Positions 1 to 9,124 of a DNA stretch of 64,000 nucleotides are shown here, one piece after another. This DNA comes from Candidatus Latescibacterota bacterium (GTDB lineage: Bacteria > Latescibacterota > UBA2968), in contig OZ242311.1 of assembly GCA_965207885.1 (NCBI GenBank), forward strand, positions 1,504,001-1,568,000, written 5' to 3'. The notes under the pieces were generated by a model that was not told the origin of the DNA, searched no databases, and saw only the letters and a list, made by a program, of their open reading frames with translations. Within the stretch, counting starts at the first letter, position 1. Each line of letters starts with the position of its first letter. A program made the translations under genes and the position numbers.

Positions 1-1067
1 AAATTTCCGCGCGGCGTGTGATGCCCGATATAATACGGTTCCAAAAACGCCTGCACATCCCCCCGATATGTCGCGTACTCCTCCCGAAAAGCATCGCGCA
101 AATCGATCACCGGCACATCCTTTGTCGCCAACCAATCCAAAAACGTCTGGTCAAAAAGCGGCTCACCTTCTAATGCCCGAGCTATATTACTCGAACCAAA
201 TGACAAAACAACCAGCAACTTTTTCCCATTGGCCTTCGTAAATGCCTCTGCCCTTTCAATCACAAACCGCGTCGCAAACAAAGCCGCCTCGGTATGCAAG
301 CTATAAACCTCGGCATCCGATCCCGCATTCTCGAGTTCTCCCCCCATACTTTGCGCCATAGCCGACGCATCTTCCGCACTGCCTCTACGCGCCATAACCG
401 CATGCAAAATCGGATCATCGCCAAAAGTCTCCCACACCCAATCCGCATCGCACAGCCGATAGAGTTCCTCGGGCGTCTTGCACAAATTCTCGCGCTCTTC
501 CACAGTACCACTTTCCAGATCCACGCGCAAATGCGGCAGCGTAAACCGCCCCTGTCGTCCCATGCGAATGGACCGCCAGGCGTCCAAATTTCGAAAGTGA
601 TCGTCGTCCCACACATTCAAAATCACGTACTCGGCGGGATACTCCCTCTCCACAATCAACATTCGCCGATACGCCTGATACACACTGTGCCCGCCAATGC
701 CGTAATTGCGAACAGGTTCCAGCAAATGCGCGGCCAAATACTCCTGCCACGTCTCCCCATTGCTCACCTGATCGCAATGCGTAAAACTATTCCCATACGT
801 ATGAATACGACACGGGCGATCCGCATAATTGACCACCTGCCGCGCACCGTCTTTCTCATAAGCGTAAAACCCGCGCGAATCATCCACCCCACCACCGCGA
901 AACCCATCGCAAACCACCCATCCGATCTCCGGATCAAACGCCGACTGCGCATTATTACACATAATCCTCGCCAACTCCGCTGGCACATCTGCCTTCGCAG
1001 GCGTCACAAAATGATCCACCATCTCGCGCGTTGGCATAATCGACTCTAAATATTCGCGCCCTGTCAT
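1..1067 (-). CDS. SGNH/GDSL hydrolase family protein (runs off left edge; absent from ORF track)
   Basis: Hand translation from ATG at 1067 (overlapping the upstream TGA as ATGA): MTGREYLESIMPTREMVDHF...RIHTYGNSFTHCDQV...VRNYGIGGHSVYQAY. GNSFT and NYGIGG match SGNH blocks I and II. Confidence 0.7.
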   Translation of the reverse strand, partial: MTGREYLESIMPTREMVDHFVTPAKADVPAELARIMCNNAQSAFDPEIGWVVCDGFRGGGVDDSRGFYAYEKDGARQVVNYADRPCRIHTYGNSFTHCDQVSNGETWQEYLAAHLLEPVRNYGIGGHSVYQAYRRMLIVEREYPAEYVILNVWDDDHFRNLDAWRSIRMGRQGRFTLPHLRVDLESGTVEERENLCKTPEELYRLCDADWVWETFGDDPILHAVMARRGSAEDASAMAQSMGGELENAGSDAEVYSLHTEAALFATRFVIERAEAFTKANGKKLLVVLSFGSSNIARALEGEPLFDQTFLDWLATKDVPVIDLRDAFREEYATYRGDVQAFLEPYYIGHHTPRGN

Positions 1068-1573
1068 TGCGGGATCCTTTCCTCTCTCTCGTCTCGCTTC
1101 CTGATCAACCGCGCCGGTGTGCCTCCAACCACCGAATACGGTTCCACATCGCGCGTCACAACCGCGCCCGCGCCCACAATACTGTGCGCGCCAATGCGCA
1201 CTCCGCCAATAACCACGGCATTGGCACCAAACCACACATCATCCTCCACGACAATCTCCCGCTTTTGCACCCTTTGTTGCACCATCGGAATATCGATTCG
1301 ATCGTACCCATGTCCCACACTCGCAAAAACCACATGTGCCGCCACCGCCACATAATTGCCAATGGTCAAAGGCCCGTACAACACGCTATACGGCGCAAAA
1401 TGCGTATGGCTACCAATATCGATCCACGCGCCACAGGGATTCACAAAAACCCCATTGTGAAACGCCACATCATCGCCAACACGCACCAATTCTGGATGCC
1501 GGATATCGACCAGCGGATCAAAGTAAACCGACTCGCCAATCGCCTTAAACGCCGATCTGTCTATCTCAAACAT
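1064..1573 (-). CDS. Hexapeptide-repeat (left-handed beta-helix) acyltransferase
   Basis: IVVEDDVWFGANAVVIGGVRIGAHSIVGAGAVVTRDVEPYSVVGGTPAR; ATG at 1573 preceded by GGAGGGGG. Confidence 0.9.
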   Translation of the reverse strand: MFEIDRSAFKAIGESVYFDPLVDIRHPELVRVGDDVAFHNGVFVNPCGAWIDIGSHTHFAPYSVLYGPLTIGNYVAVAAHVVFASVGHGYDRIDIPMVQQRVQKREIVVEDDVWFGANAVVIGGVRIGAHSIVGAGAVVTRDVEPYSVVGGTPARLIRKRDEREERIPQ

Positions 1574-1714
1574 AAGTGTTCCCCTCCACACACAGATTAA
1601 TCAATTACAGGACGTGATGCAATGGTATTTGCCTCTGCATAAAGCCCGAGTGAAATTCACCACTACCTTCTTTTAAAGTTCTTCATACCACGCGCTATTG
1701 CCGGATAATCTCTA

Positions 1715-1743
1715 TTGTCTGAGGAAGATTGCCTACCTATATT
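1715..1743 (+). promoter_or_regulatory. Putative sigma70 promoter of TonB receptor
   Basis: TTGTCT-N17-TATATT, 45 nt before ATG 1789. Confidence 0.4.
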
Positions 1744-1788
1744 TCGGCATTGCCGCGCCTCATATCACAGTAATTACACGAGGTTTTT

Positions 1789-4446
1789 ATGAAGTTCCTG
1801 ATATTTTTGTTTTTAGCGCCTGCAACCCTGTCTGCCGCCGTGCTCAGCGGCCAGGTGCGCGATGAGAAAACCGGGGAATCGCTGTTCGGCGCAAATGTTT
1901 ATTTGGAAACGCACGCGGGGGGAACAGCCACAGACCTCGATGGAAATTTTGCGATACCCAATGTCAGCGAGGGTAGCCACACGCTCGTCATCAGCTTTGT
2001 GGGCTATAAGGAATATCGCGATACCATCACCGTAAAAGAGGGGATGGGTGCGTTGGTTGTGGCGCTAATGCCCGAAGCCGTGCAGTTTGAAGAGGTCGTT
2101 GTGAGCGCGCCGCGTGCCAAATTGCGCGAAACGCCCATTGCGTTCTCCGATGTGCCAAAATCCGATATAGATCGCAAACTCGGCTCTCGCAGTCTGCCGA
2201 TGCTTTTGAACGATACGCCGGGCGTTTATGCGACCGAGCAAGGCGGTGGCGATGGCGATTCGCGCATCAATGTGCGGGGATTTGACCAGCGCAACATCGC
2301 CGTCATGGTCAATGGCGTGCCAGTCAACAATATGGAAACCGGGTGGGTCTATTGGGTTGACTGGGATGTTCTCAGCGATGTGACGTCGTCCATACAGGTG
2401 CAGCGCGGATTGGGTGCCTCAAATTTGGCGATAGCCTCGGTGGGGGGCACGCTGAATATTGTTACCGATGCCGCCCGTCAACAGCGCGGTTTTAAGATCA
2501 AACAGGAAGCCGCGACCAGTGCCTATTACAAAACCACGGTCAATTTTTCATCGGGCTTACTCAATAAAAAAACCGCGATGAGCATGGGCATTTCACGCAA
2601 AGTTGGCAATGGCATACCCGATCAAACGTGGACAGAAGGGTGGGCGTATTTCGGAGCGTTGAGCTTTTTGGCCTCTGAAACACACAAATTCGAGTTGTTT
2701 GTCGTGGGTACGCCGCAACGCCACGGGCACCGCCTGTTCAAGCAACCCATTGGCACTTTTGATGCCGATTACGCGCGGTCTTTGGGCACTGGCGCAACAG
2801 AAGCGAAAAATTACGGGGTCAATTACAATCCCAACTGGGGATATTCGCCGTTTTCATCTTATCGGGAATTTTTTAACGGCAAGGTGCGCGACGCGCGCGA
2901 CAATGCGACCATTATGGAACGCGAGAACTACTATCACAAAACACAAGCCAATTTGAACTGGTATTGGATACCCAACGATCGGTTTGTTTTGTCCAATGTC
3001 TTTTATTGGGCGCGCGGCAAGGGCGGAGGTCTGGGGCGCCTGGGCGTCAATCCGGGAACCCGGGCAGACGGCAGCATCGACTGGCAGCACGCAGTAGATG
3101 AGTTGAACACGGAACCCGCATCGCGAGCCAATCCCAACCTGGTGCTTGCAGGCGAGGTCGGAGCCTTTGAGGTTGCGGCAAAGACCATTATGCGAAACAC
3201 GGGCAGCCTGCAATACTATTACGGATATTTGGGCACGGGCGAATACGCGCTAACGCCTGCCTATAAGCTCGCCTTTGGCATTGACTTGCGCGGCTATGAG
3301 GGGCAGCACTGGCGCGAAGTGCGAAATTTGATCGGGGCAGATTATTACGTTTTTACAGGAGACAGCAATGCCGCGACTTCTGTGAAACGCCTTGGAGACA
3401 GGATCGCATATCACACCGATGGTCTGACGCGCTGGGGGGGCGGGTTTGTTCAAATCGAAAGGCAGGTAAACGACTTTACGGCATTTTTGAGCACATCGGC
3501 ATCCATAACAGCTTATAAGCGCATCGACTATTTTCGCGCCAGGATCAATGGAGAATGGGATCAGACAGATTGGAAAAGCTTTGGAGGCTATACGCTCAAG
3601 GCGGGAGGCAATTACAATATGACCCCTACGGTCAATGTGTATGCCAATATAGGCTGGCTTTCAACAGCCCCCAAATTTGGATCGGTTTATCACTACGACA
3701 ACAGCCTCTACGACCCCACATTCAATGAAAAAGTGGCGTCTTTTGAGTTGGGCGCAGGCTATCTCAAACGCGGGGTAATAACCGGAAACGTAAACTTCTA
3801 TTACACCAAATGGATCGACCGCTCGTGGCCCAAGAGCATTTACAGCGCAAAGCTCGACCAGAACTTTCGGTTTTTGCTCAGCGGCATTGACGCGCGGCAC
3901 ACAGGCATAGAGTTCGACTTCAAGGCGCGCCCCCATCCCAAGTTGGAGGTGCGCAGCATGGTCTCACTCGGCAACTGGGAATGGCTCAACGATGCGCGCG
4001 CCACATTTTTTCCCGAAGAAGACCCATTGGTTGCAGACACGTTTCAAGTCTATGCCAATGGATTGAAGGTAGGCGACTCGGCGCAAAAAACCCTTGCGCT
4101 GAGCAGTACGGTATTTCCCATGCGCGGGCTTTACACCACGCTGAGCTTGAGGCGATTTATGGATCACTACGCCAAATTCGATCCCGCCAACCGAACAGAT
4201 CCCGATGACCGCCAGCAATCGTGGAAAGTGCCAAATTATAATTTGGCTGATCTCCACGGGGGTTATATCCTGCCCGGCAGTACATTTGGCAATGGCAAAG
4301 TAAAACTGCAATTGCACATCTTCAATTTGTTCGACGCGCGCTATATTTCCGATGCAGACGATGGCGACAACCACGACGCCTCAACCGCGCTCGTCTTCCT
4401 CGGTCTGTCCCGCCGCTGGAATATTTCGTTATCCTACGATTATTAA
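1789..4446 (+). CDS. TonB-dependent receptor with N-terminal carboxypeptidase-regulatory-like domain
   Basis: Signal peptide, LSGQVRDEKTGESLFGANV domain, plug motif INVRGFDQRNIAVMVNGVP, C-terminal IFNLFDARY...LSYDY. Confidence 0.92.
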   Translation: MKFLIFLFLAPATLSAAVLSGQVRDEKTGESLFGANVYLETHAGGTATDLDGNFAIPNVSEGSHTLVISFVGYKEYRDTITVKEGMGALVVALMPEAVQFEEVVVSAPRAKLRETPIAFSDVPKSDIDRKLGSRSLPMLLNDTPGVYATEQGGGDGDSRINVRGFDQRNIAVMVNGVPVNNMETGWVYWVDWDVLSDVTSSIQVQRGLGASNLAIASVGGTLNIVTDAARQQRGFKIKQEAATSAYYKTTVNFSSGLLNKKTAMSMGISRKVGNGIPDQTWTEGWAYFGALSFLASETHKFELFVVGTPQRHGHRLFKQPIGTFDADYARSLGTGATEAKNYGVNYNPNWGYSPFSSYREFFNGKVRDARDNATIMERENYYHKTQANLNWYWIPNDRFVLSNVFYWARGKGGGLGRLGVNPGTRADGSIDWQHAVDELNTEPASRANPNLVLAGEVGAFEVAAKTIMRNTGSLQYYYGYLGTGEYALTPAYKLAFGIDLRGYEGQHWREVRNLIGADYYVFTGDSNAATSVKRLGDRIAYHTDGLTRWGGGFVQIERQVNDFTAFLSTSASITAYKRIDYFRARINGEWDQTDWKSFGGYTLKAGGNYNMTPTVNVYANIGWLSTAPKFGSVYHYDNSLYDPTFNEKVASFELGAGYLKRGVITGNVNFYYTKWIDRSWPKSIYSAKLDQNFRFLLSGIDARHTGIEFDFKARPHPKLEVRSMVSLGNWEWLNDARATFFPEEDPLVADTFQVYANGLKVGDSAQKTLALSSTVFPMRGLYTTLSLRRFMDHYAKFDPANRTDPDDRQQSWKVPNYNLADLHGGYILPGSTFGNGKVKLQLHIFNLFDARYISDADDGDNHDASTALVFLGLSRRWNISLSYDY

Positions 4447-5866
4447 TGAGCCAGATGCTCATCAAGGGCGGAGCTCAGTCGCCGAAAGACCTGGGGAAAT
4501 TCAGCGGCGACATCGTCCCTTTCATTGCGCTGTAGATCGAACAGCAACTGGGGACGCTCGCGCTGAAGGCGCTCCGTCTCGTCGGACGGCACATGCATCG
4601 GTTCGAAAACATCACCCCCAATGCGCTTTGCCGGATCATAGCCGCGAACCAGCTTGAAACGCCCATCGAAAACCATGCGCCAGGCACTCAGACCGGAAAA
4701 TACCAGGTCTCGATGCCTGCGCGCGCGGGCATCGAGATAATTGACAAGAGAACGGCTATCGAGATCATCACCGGGATCCAAACCGCCCCACTCGATGAAA
4801 CTGGCAGTCAGATCCAGCGTCGTCATCGGCGCGTCGGCGCGTCCGGAAGCCTCCACGCCCGGCCCAGCGATCACCAGCGGAACCCCCACCGACGCCTGCA
4901 GAGGCGACAACTTCTGCCACTGGTCGTAATCGCCGAGCATCTCGCCATGGTCGCTGGTAAACACAATGATCGTGTTGTCGAGATCACCCCTCGCATGCAC
5001 CCGCGCGACGAGACGCCCGAGGCAAGAATCGAGATGTTCGACAGTGGCCGCCCAGTTGCGACGTACCTCCTGGTGCGTCTCGGGCGCGATATCCTCGGTA
5101 TTAAACACGGGAAGAGGAAACTCGACAGGCGGCTCTCGGTACCACCGATGCATTGACTCGGTGATATCCCACGGATGATGGGGATTCTGCAGATTCACCT
5201 CCAAATACCACGGCCTATCGTCGGGCGCCCGATCCAGAAGGGTGAGCGCATTATTGGTAATCCAGGTATCGAATACGCATCGTCGGGAAGTGTCGTCGGG
5301 AAAGTAGCCGTCCACACACCCTCCCGGCTTCGGCGCATGTAATCTGCAATGTGCTCCTCTGCCAGGCCGCGCGCGTGCAAAAACGCCATGTACGCATCCT
5401 GAGGCACCATCTCGTTGTTGCGCATCAAAATGGCCGACTGGTTCAGCCCAGCATTGAAAATGGCATCGGAAAATCCCCATGCCTCCACGCCCTGGCACCC
5501 ATCGACACCACAGTGAAATCTGGCCGGATTCCCCGATTGGTTATTGCCCACATGGTGTTTCCCTGCGCCCATAACATAGTATCCGGCCTCGTCGCGCAGG
5601 CGCAGGTGGTACTTGAACATATTATCGGGGGCATAAGTGCTATTGCCCCAAACGCGCGTGCGATCGTATTCCTGCCCGGCCACCAGGCAAGCCCGCGACG
5701 GGGCGCAAACAGGCGACGGACAGATAGCGTTGGCAAGCCAGACACCGCGCTCGGCGAGTTGCCTCAAATGCGGCGTGCGCACCGGAATATCGGGGTTCAT
5801 CTCGACCCACTCAGGCCGCTGTTGATCCGTTTGGACAAAAAGTATGTTGGGACGTTTGTCCAGCAT
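4443..5866 (-). pseudogene. Sulfatase split by a 1-nt deletion at ~5272 (pseudogene or sequence error)
   Basis: ORF 5195-5866 has PNILFVQTDQ and CAPSR (CxPxR); ORF 4443-5498 has NPHHP and TSDHGEMLG. Adding one T at TATTC gives LPDDAYFDTWITN and a 474-aa protein. Confidence 0.85.
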
Positions 5867-5885
5867 GCGCGTTCACCTTTTCTTT

Positions 5886-6062
5886 TTACAATAACGCTTC
5901 TCTACCAAACGTCTCAATATGGAACTGAATGGCAGATTTTACATCCGCCAAAGCCTCTTCATAAGTATCTCCCTGCCCAACAACAATCCCCTTCAAACCG
6001 AGCGGATACCCCACATAACCATCGGAATATCTTTCAACGATAATTCTAAAATTTCTCACCAT
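5886..6062 (-). CDS. HicB/UPF0150-family antitoxin-like protein, 58 aa (not in ORF track)
   Basis: MVRNFRIIVERYSDGYVGYPLGLKGIVVGQGDTYEEALADVKSAIQFHIETFGREALL; GQGDTxEEA motif; GAGG RBS. Confidence 0.8.
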   Translation of the reverse strand: MVRNFRIIVERYSDGYVGYPLGLKGIVVGQGDTYEEALADVKSAIQFHIETFGREALL

Positions 6063-6070
6063 ATCTTCCT

Positions 6071-6238
6071 CTATATTCCCAATTCAGCACGCACCTCTAA
6101 GCACTCTTTGATCGCTTCCAACACATTCTTCTCGGCTTCTTCCTCAGTCTTACCCTGGCTCACACACCCCGGAATTGACGGACATTCCGCGATATATACA
6201 CCATCCTCATCTGTATAAATCGCAATCGTGAATTTCAT
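6071..6238 (-). CDS. HicB/UPF0150-family antitoxin-like protein, 55 aa (not in ORF track)
   Basis: MKFTIAIYTDEDGVYIAECPSIPGCVSQGKTEEEAEKNVLEAIKECLEVRAELGI; PGCxSQGxTxEEA motif; GGAG RBS. Confidence 0.85.
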   Translation of the reverse strand: MKFTIAIYTDEDGVYIAECPSIPGCVSQGKTEEEAEKNVLEAIKECLEVRAELGI

Positions 6239-6247
6239 CTGAGTCTC

Positions 6248-6442
6248 CTATCTCTGTACCGTTGCAGCGTATTCCAAAACACCATTCACGTCTTCAACCG
6301 TTAGTATCGGATACGCCTCCGCGATTTCCTGGGGTGACATATTACGCACGAGCAAGCCTAAAATATGTTCAACACTCAATCGCGTACCATCAACAACTGG
6401 TTTACCACCCAAAATACCTGGATCTGAAATAATTTCCCTCAT
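6248..6442 (-). CDS. DUF433 family protein (antitoxin-like)
   Basis: IISDPGILGGKPVVDGTRLSVEHIL...EIAEAYPILTVEDV is the DUF433 signature. Confidence 0.88.
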   Translation of the reverse strand: MREIISDPGILGGKPVVDGTRLSVEHILGLLVRNMSPQEIAEAYPILTVEDVNGVLEYAATVQR

Positions 6443-6521
6443 GTTTTATCCCGGATTCAATCTTTTTTAACACCTTAAAGCGATGCTTTTGCCACAAAGA
6501 AAAGCTCATTGGTAGAATCAA

Positions 6522-6848
6522 TCATCGTTTGCTTCGCTCAAGTTTTGCTATATTTATATCCTCAGCAAATGAGGGTAAAAGTGAGCAGCCCGGATGGTCA
6601 GGATAACCCGGATAGCCCGGATAATCTGGAGAATCCGAATGGCCAGGATACCCTCGATACGGTCTATTTTTGAATCTGTAAAGCCGATCACTTTCGATAG
6701 TCCCAAGGTACTCTCCACTGACGTCAACAATCTCCAGGTCTCCCCAGGGCAACCAGCCGAGCCAATTGCCGTCTGTATCAAACACAAATTCGCCCTTGCG
6801 AAAGGCAATCCAATCACCGTAAGAGTTAAACAGATATTGTACAGACAT
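6522..6848 (-). CDS. Small repeat protein resembling 4-fold beta-flower domain, with PGY-repeat tail
   Basis: Repeats LFNSYGDWIAF, VFDTDGNWLGW, IVDVSGEYLGT followed by PYRGYPGHSDSPDYPGYPGYPDHPG; start ATG 6848 after GGAG. Confidence 0.6.
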   Translation of the reverse strand: MSVQYLFNSYGDWIAFRKGEFVFDTDGNWLGWLPWGDLEIVDVSGEYLGTIESDRLYRFKNRPYRGYPGHSDSPDYPGYPGYPDHPGCSLLPSFAEDINIAKLERSKR

Positions 6849-6905
6849 AGCGAATCTCCCCAATTCCTACCTTATGGACGTTTATGGTCACACAACCTGT
6901 AACTT

Positions 6906-7811
6906 CTAATTAAAACCCGGATATATGCCGCCTTTTCTGGGACTGTAAGGCAAAAATCGGGGATCATAATAAACCAAAGGCATTTTATTGTGAACATCGG
7001 TCTTAATCACTGCGGTTTTACCAGAATCTCCAGTTGTATTACTTATAGCGAAATCATCCTCTCCAATATAACCTACTTTGATTTCCCACAGCCAGGCTGT
7101 GTTTCCTCTATTTTCTTTTCCTCTAATAAAATTACCCTCGCGATCTCCCAAGACATATCTAAAGGTTATATACACACCGGCCTTAGGCAAATGTCCCTTG
7201 GGCTTGTTACTTTCTAAAGCCATTTTCAATTCTACATCTACGGCGGGTGCTTTGAGTGGCAATAAATCGGGATATGCATGAGGACGATTACGCCTATACA
7301 GTCCCTCTGATGATTTTGCTATACCACTTCCAAGCAAATTTCCCAACATAGATGAAAAATTTGCGAGTTCGACTAATTCTGCAACCACAGGTGATTGAGA
7401 GGATATTAATTTTCGGTCAATAGTATCTAATACGCCATAAGCATACTCAACTGCATCAAGTAACACACTGCCCTCAATACCCATTAATTCTAACAGGGTT
7501 TGTTCATTTCTAATATTTAATCTATTAGGCTTTCGCGGCTTTAGAAATTCAGAATATTTAGAATTTTCCTCTGCTGAAATCAGCTCAGCCATTTGCACCA
7601 AATCTGATAGTGAAAATCCCAGAGCATGGGCAATTTGATTAGCCACTTGAATGGTGGGTACACGCTCGCGCCGTTCTAATAGCCCTACCATTGTTCTATG
7701 AATACCTGCTTGTTCGGCTAATTGTTCAAGAGTCAACCGCTGTTCTATGCGAACAGCTTTTATTATAGCAAGAAAATTTTGGATAACTGAATCCAATCGA
7801 TTTTGATCCAT
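6906..7811 (-). CDS. XRE/Cro HTH fused to PD-(D/E)xK restriction-endonuclease-like domain
   Basis: N-terminal LTLEQLAEQAGIHRTMVGLLERRERVPTI (C-protein-like HTH); later YPDLLPLKAPAVDVELK motif; divergent from a C5 methylase; AT-rich. Confidence 0.72.
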   Translation of the reverse strand: MDQNRLDSVIQNFLAIIKAVRIEQRLTLEQLAEQAGIHRTMVGLLERRERVPTIQVANQIAHALGFSLSDLVQMAELISAEENSKYSEFLKPRKPNRLNIRNEQTLLELMGIEGSVLLDAVEYAYGVLDTIDRKLISSQSPVVAELVELANFSSMLGNLLGSGIAKSSEGLYRRNRPHAYPDLLPLKAPAVDVELKMALESNKPKGHLPKAGVYITFRYVLGDREGNFIRGKENRGNTAWLWEIKVGYIGEDDFAISNTTGDSGKTAVIKTDVHNKMPLVYYDPRFLPYSPRKGGIYPGFN

Positions 7812-7866
7812 TCAACAATCCCTTAGATGATTTATGAAAAGTATCAGGATATGAGCAATAAAAACC

Positions 7867-7898
7867 TTGACAGCTTCTAAAAAAGAGACTATAGTCTC
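7867..7898 (+). promoter_or_regulatory. Methylase promoter with palindromic operator over the -10
   Basis: TTGACA (7867-7872), N17, TATAGT (7890-7895); perfect 14-bp palindrome GAGACTATAGTCTC (7885-7898). Confidence 0.75.
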
Positions 7899-7932
7899 CA
7901 CCGAGCATCAACCTTTCTCAGGAGACCTAATT

Positions 7933-9087
7933 ATGAAGCAAGCCAAAATTTTCGATCTTTTTTGTGGCACGGGTGGTTTTTCAAAAGGTTTTGAAAAGGT
8001 TGTCGATATTCAATATCAAACTGTTTTGGGTGTAGATTTATTACCTATTGCTGTTGAAACTTTTTGTTTTAACCACCAAGAAGCCTTTGGGATATGCAAA
8101 GATATACGAACCTTGAGAAGGACGGCCGTTTCTGACATGCTAAAAATTAAAAGGGGAGAATTGGACTTAATTATTGGCGGTCCTCCTTGTCAAGGATTTT
8201 CTTCTATAAGACCTTTTCGCTCGTGTCAAGAGGACGATCCAAGAAATTCACTATTTGAGGAATATGCTTCATTTGTAAACTTTTTTCGGCCTAAAGCATT
8301 TGTATTAGAAAATGTTATCGGTTTGGCAACGCATAAAAAGGGTTCTACAATAGAAATGATGGAGGAATGTTTCTATAAAATTGGATATGAATGCGACTGG
8401 AAAATTCTCAATACTGCTCATTTTGGCATTCCTCAGAAACGAGAACGATTGATATTTATAGGCGTCGTCAAAGGAAATATGCCCAAATTTCCTGTACCAA
8501 ATTACCAATATAAAGGAGCGACTATCGGTCATAAAAAGAAATCCAGAATGCTTTTACCAAAGGAGCCTGATCTTTTTATAAAATCAGAATTGAACCCTGC
8601 AATAACCGTTGTGGACGCAATTGATGATTTGCCTCCCGTTGAATCTGGCGAGAAAGCCACAGTATATGTCAACAAACCAAGAACGGAATATCAGCGTACA
8701 AGAAGAAATGGAACCAAGCTATTAACACTTCATGAAGCGACCAATCATTCTAAAAAAATGCTCGAAATAATACGTCACGCGGGTAAAAATATCAATTCTA
8801 TTCCCAAACATCTAATAAGTAGTGGGTTTAGTTCTTGTTATTCAAGATTGGATGCAAATGAACCTGCGGTAACGATAACGGTCAATTTTGTTCATCCAGC
8901 ATCTAATAGATGTATCCATCCCCTACAAAACCGCGCTCTTACACCCAGAGAAGGCGCACGCCTACAATCCTTTGATGATGATTTCATGTTTGCAGGTACT
9001 CGCTCACAAATCGTCAAACAAATAGGAAATGCAGTTCCACCTCTGTTGGGACAGCGCATTGGAGAAGCATTAGCTCCCGTGTTTTAA
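7933..9087 (+). CDS. dcm: DNA (cytosine-5)-methyltransferase
   Basis: Motifs DLFCGTGGFS, GGPPCQGFS, ENV, PQKRER, QIGNAVPP; ATG 7933 after AGGAG. Confidence 0.95.
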   Translation: MKQAKIFDLFCGTGGFSKGFEKVVDIQYQTVLGVDLLPIAVETFCFNHQEAFGICKDIRTLRRTAVSDMLKIKRGELDLIIGGPPCQGFSSIRPFRSCQEDDPRNSLFEEYASFVNFFRPKAFVLENVIGLATHKKGSTIEMMEECFYKIGYECDWKILNTAHFGIPQKRERLIFIGVVKGNMPKFPVPNYQYKGATIGHKKKSRMLLPKEPDLFIKSELNPAITVVDAIDDLPPVESGEKATVYVNKPRTEYQRTRRNGTKLLTLHEATNHSKKMLEIIRHAGKNINSIPKHLISSGFSSCYSRLDANEPAVTITVNFVHPASNRCIHPLQNRALTPREGARLQSFDDDFMFAGTRSQIVKQIGNAVPPLLGQRIGEALAPVF

Positions 9088-9124
9088 GGGTTGACCACAG
9101 TGCAAGCCGACCGGTTTGTTTTCG

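Noticed and set aside
294-1049. 251-aa plus-strand ORF and other long opposite-strand ORFs (e.g. 19002-20318, 30535-31458, 53891-54754)
   Set aside because: Antisense shadows of recognisable genes; no motifs, explained by codon bias.
7867-7932. TTG-initiated N-terminal extension of the methylase in the ORF track
   Set aside because: That TTG is the -35 box; ATG 7933 has an AGGAG RBS and precedes motif I directly.
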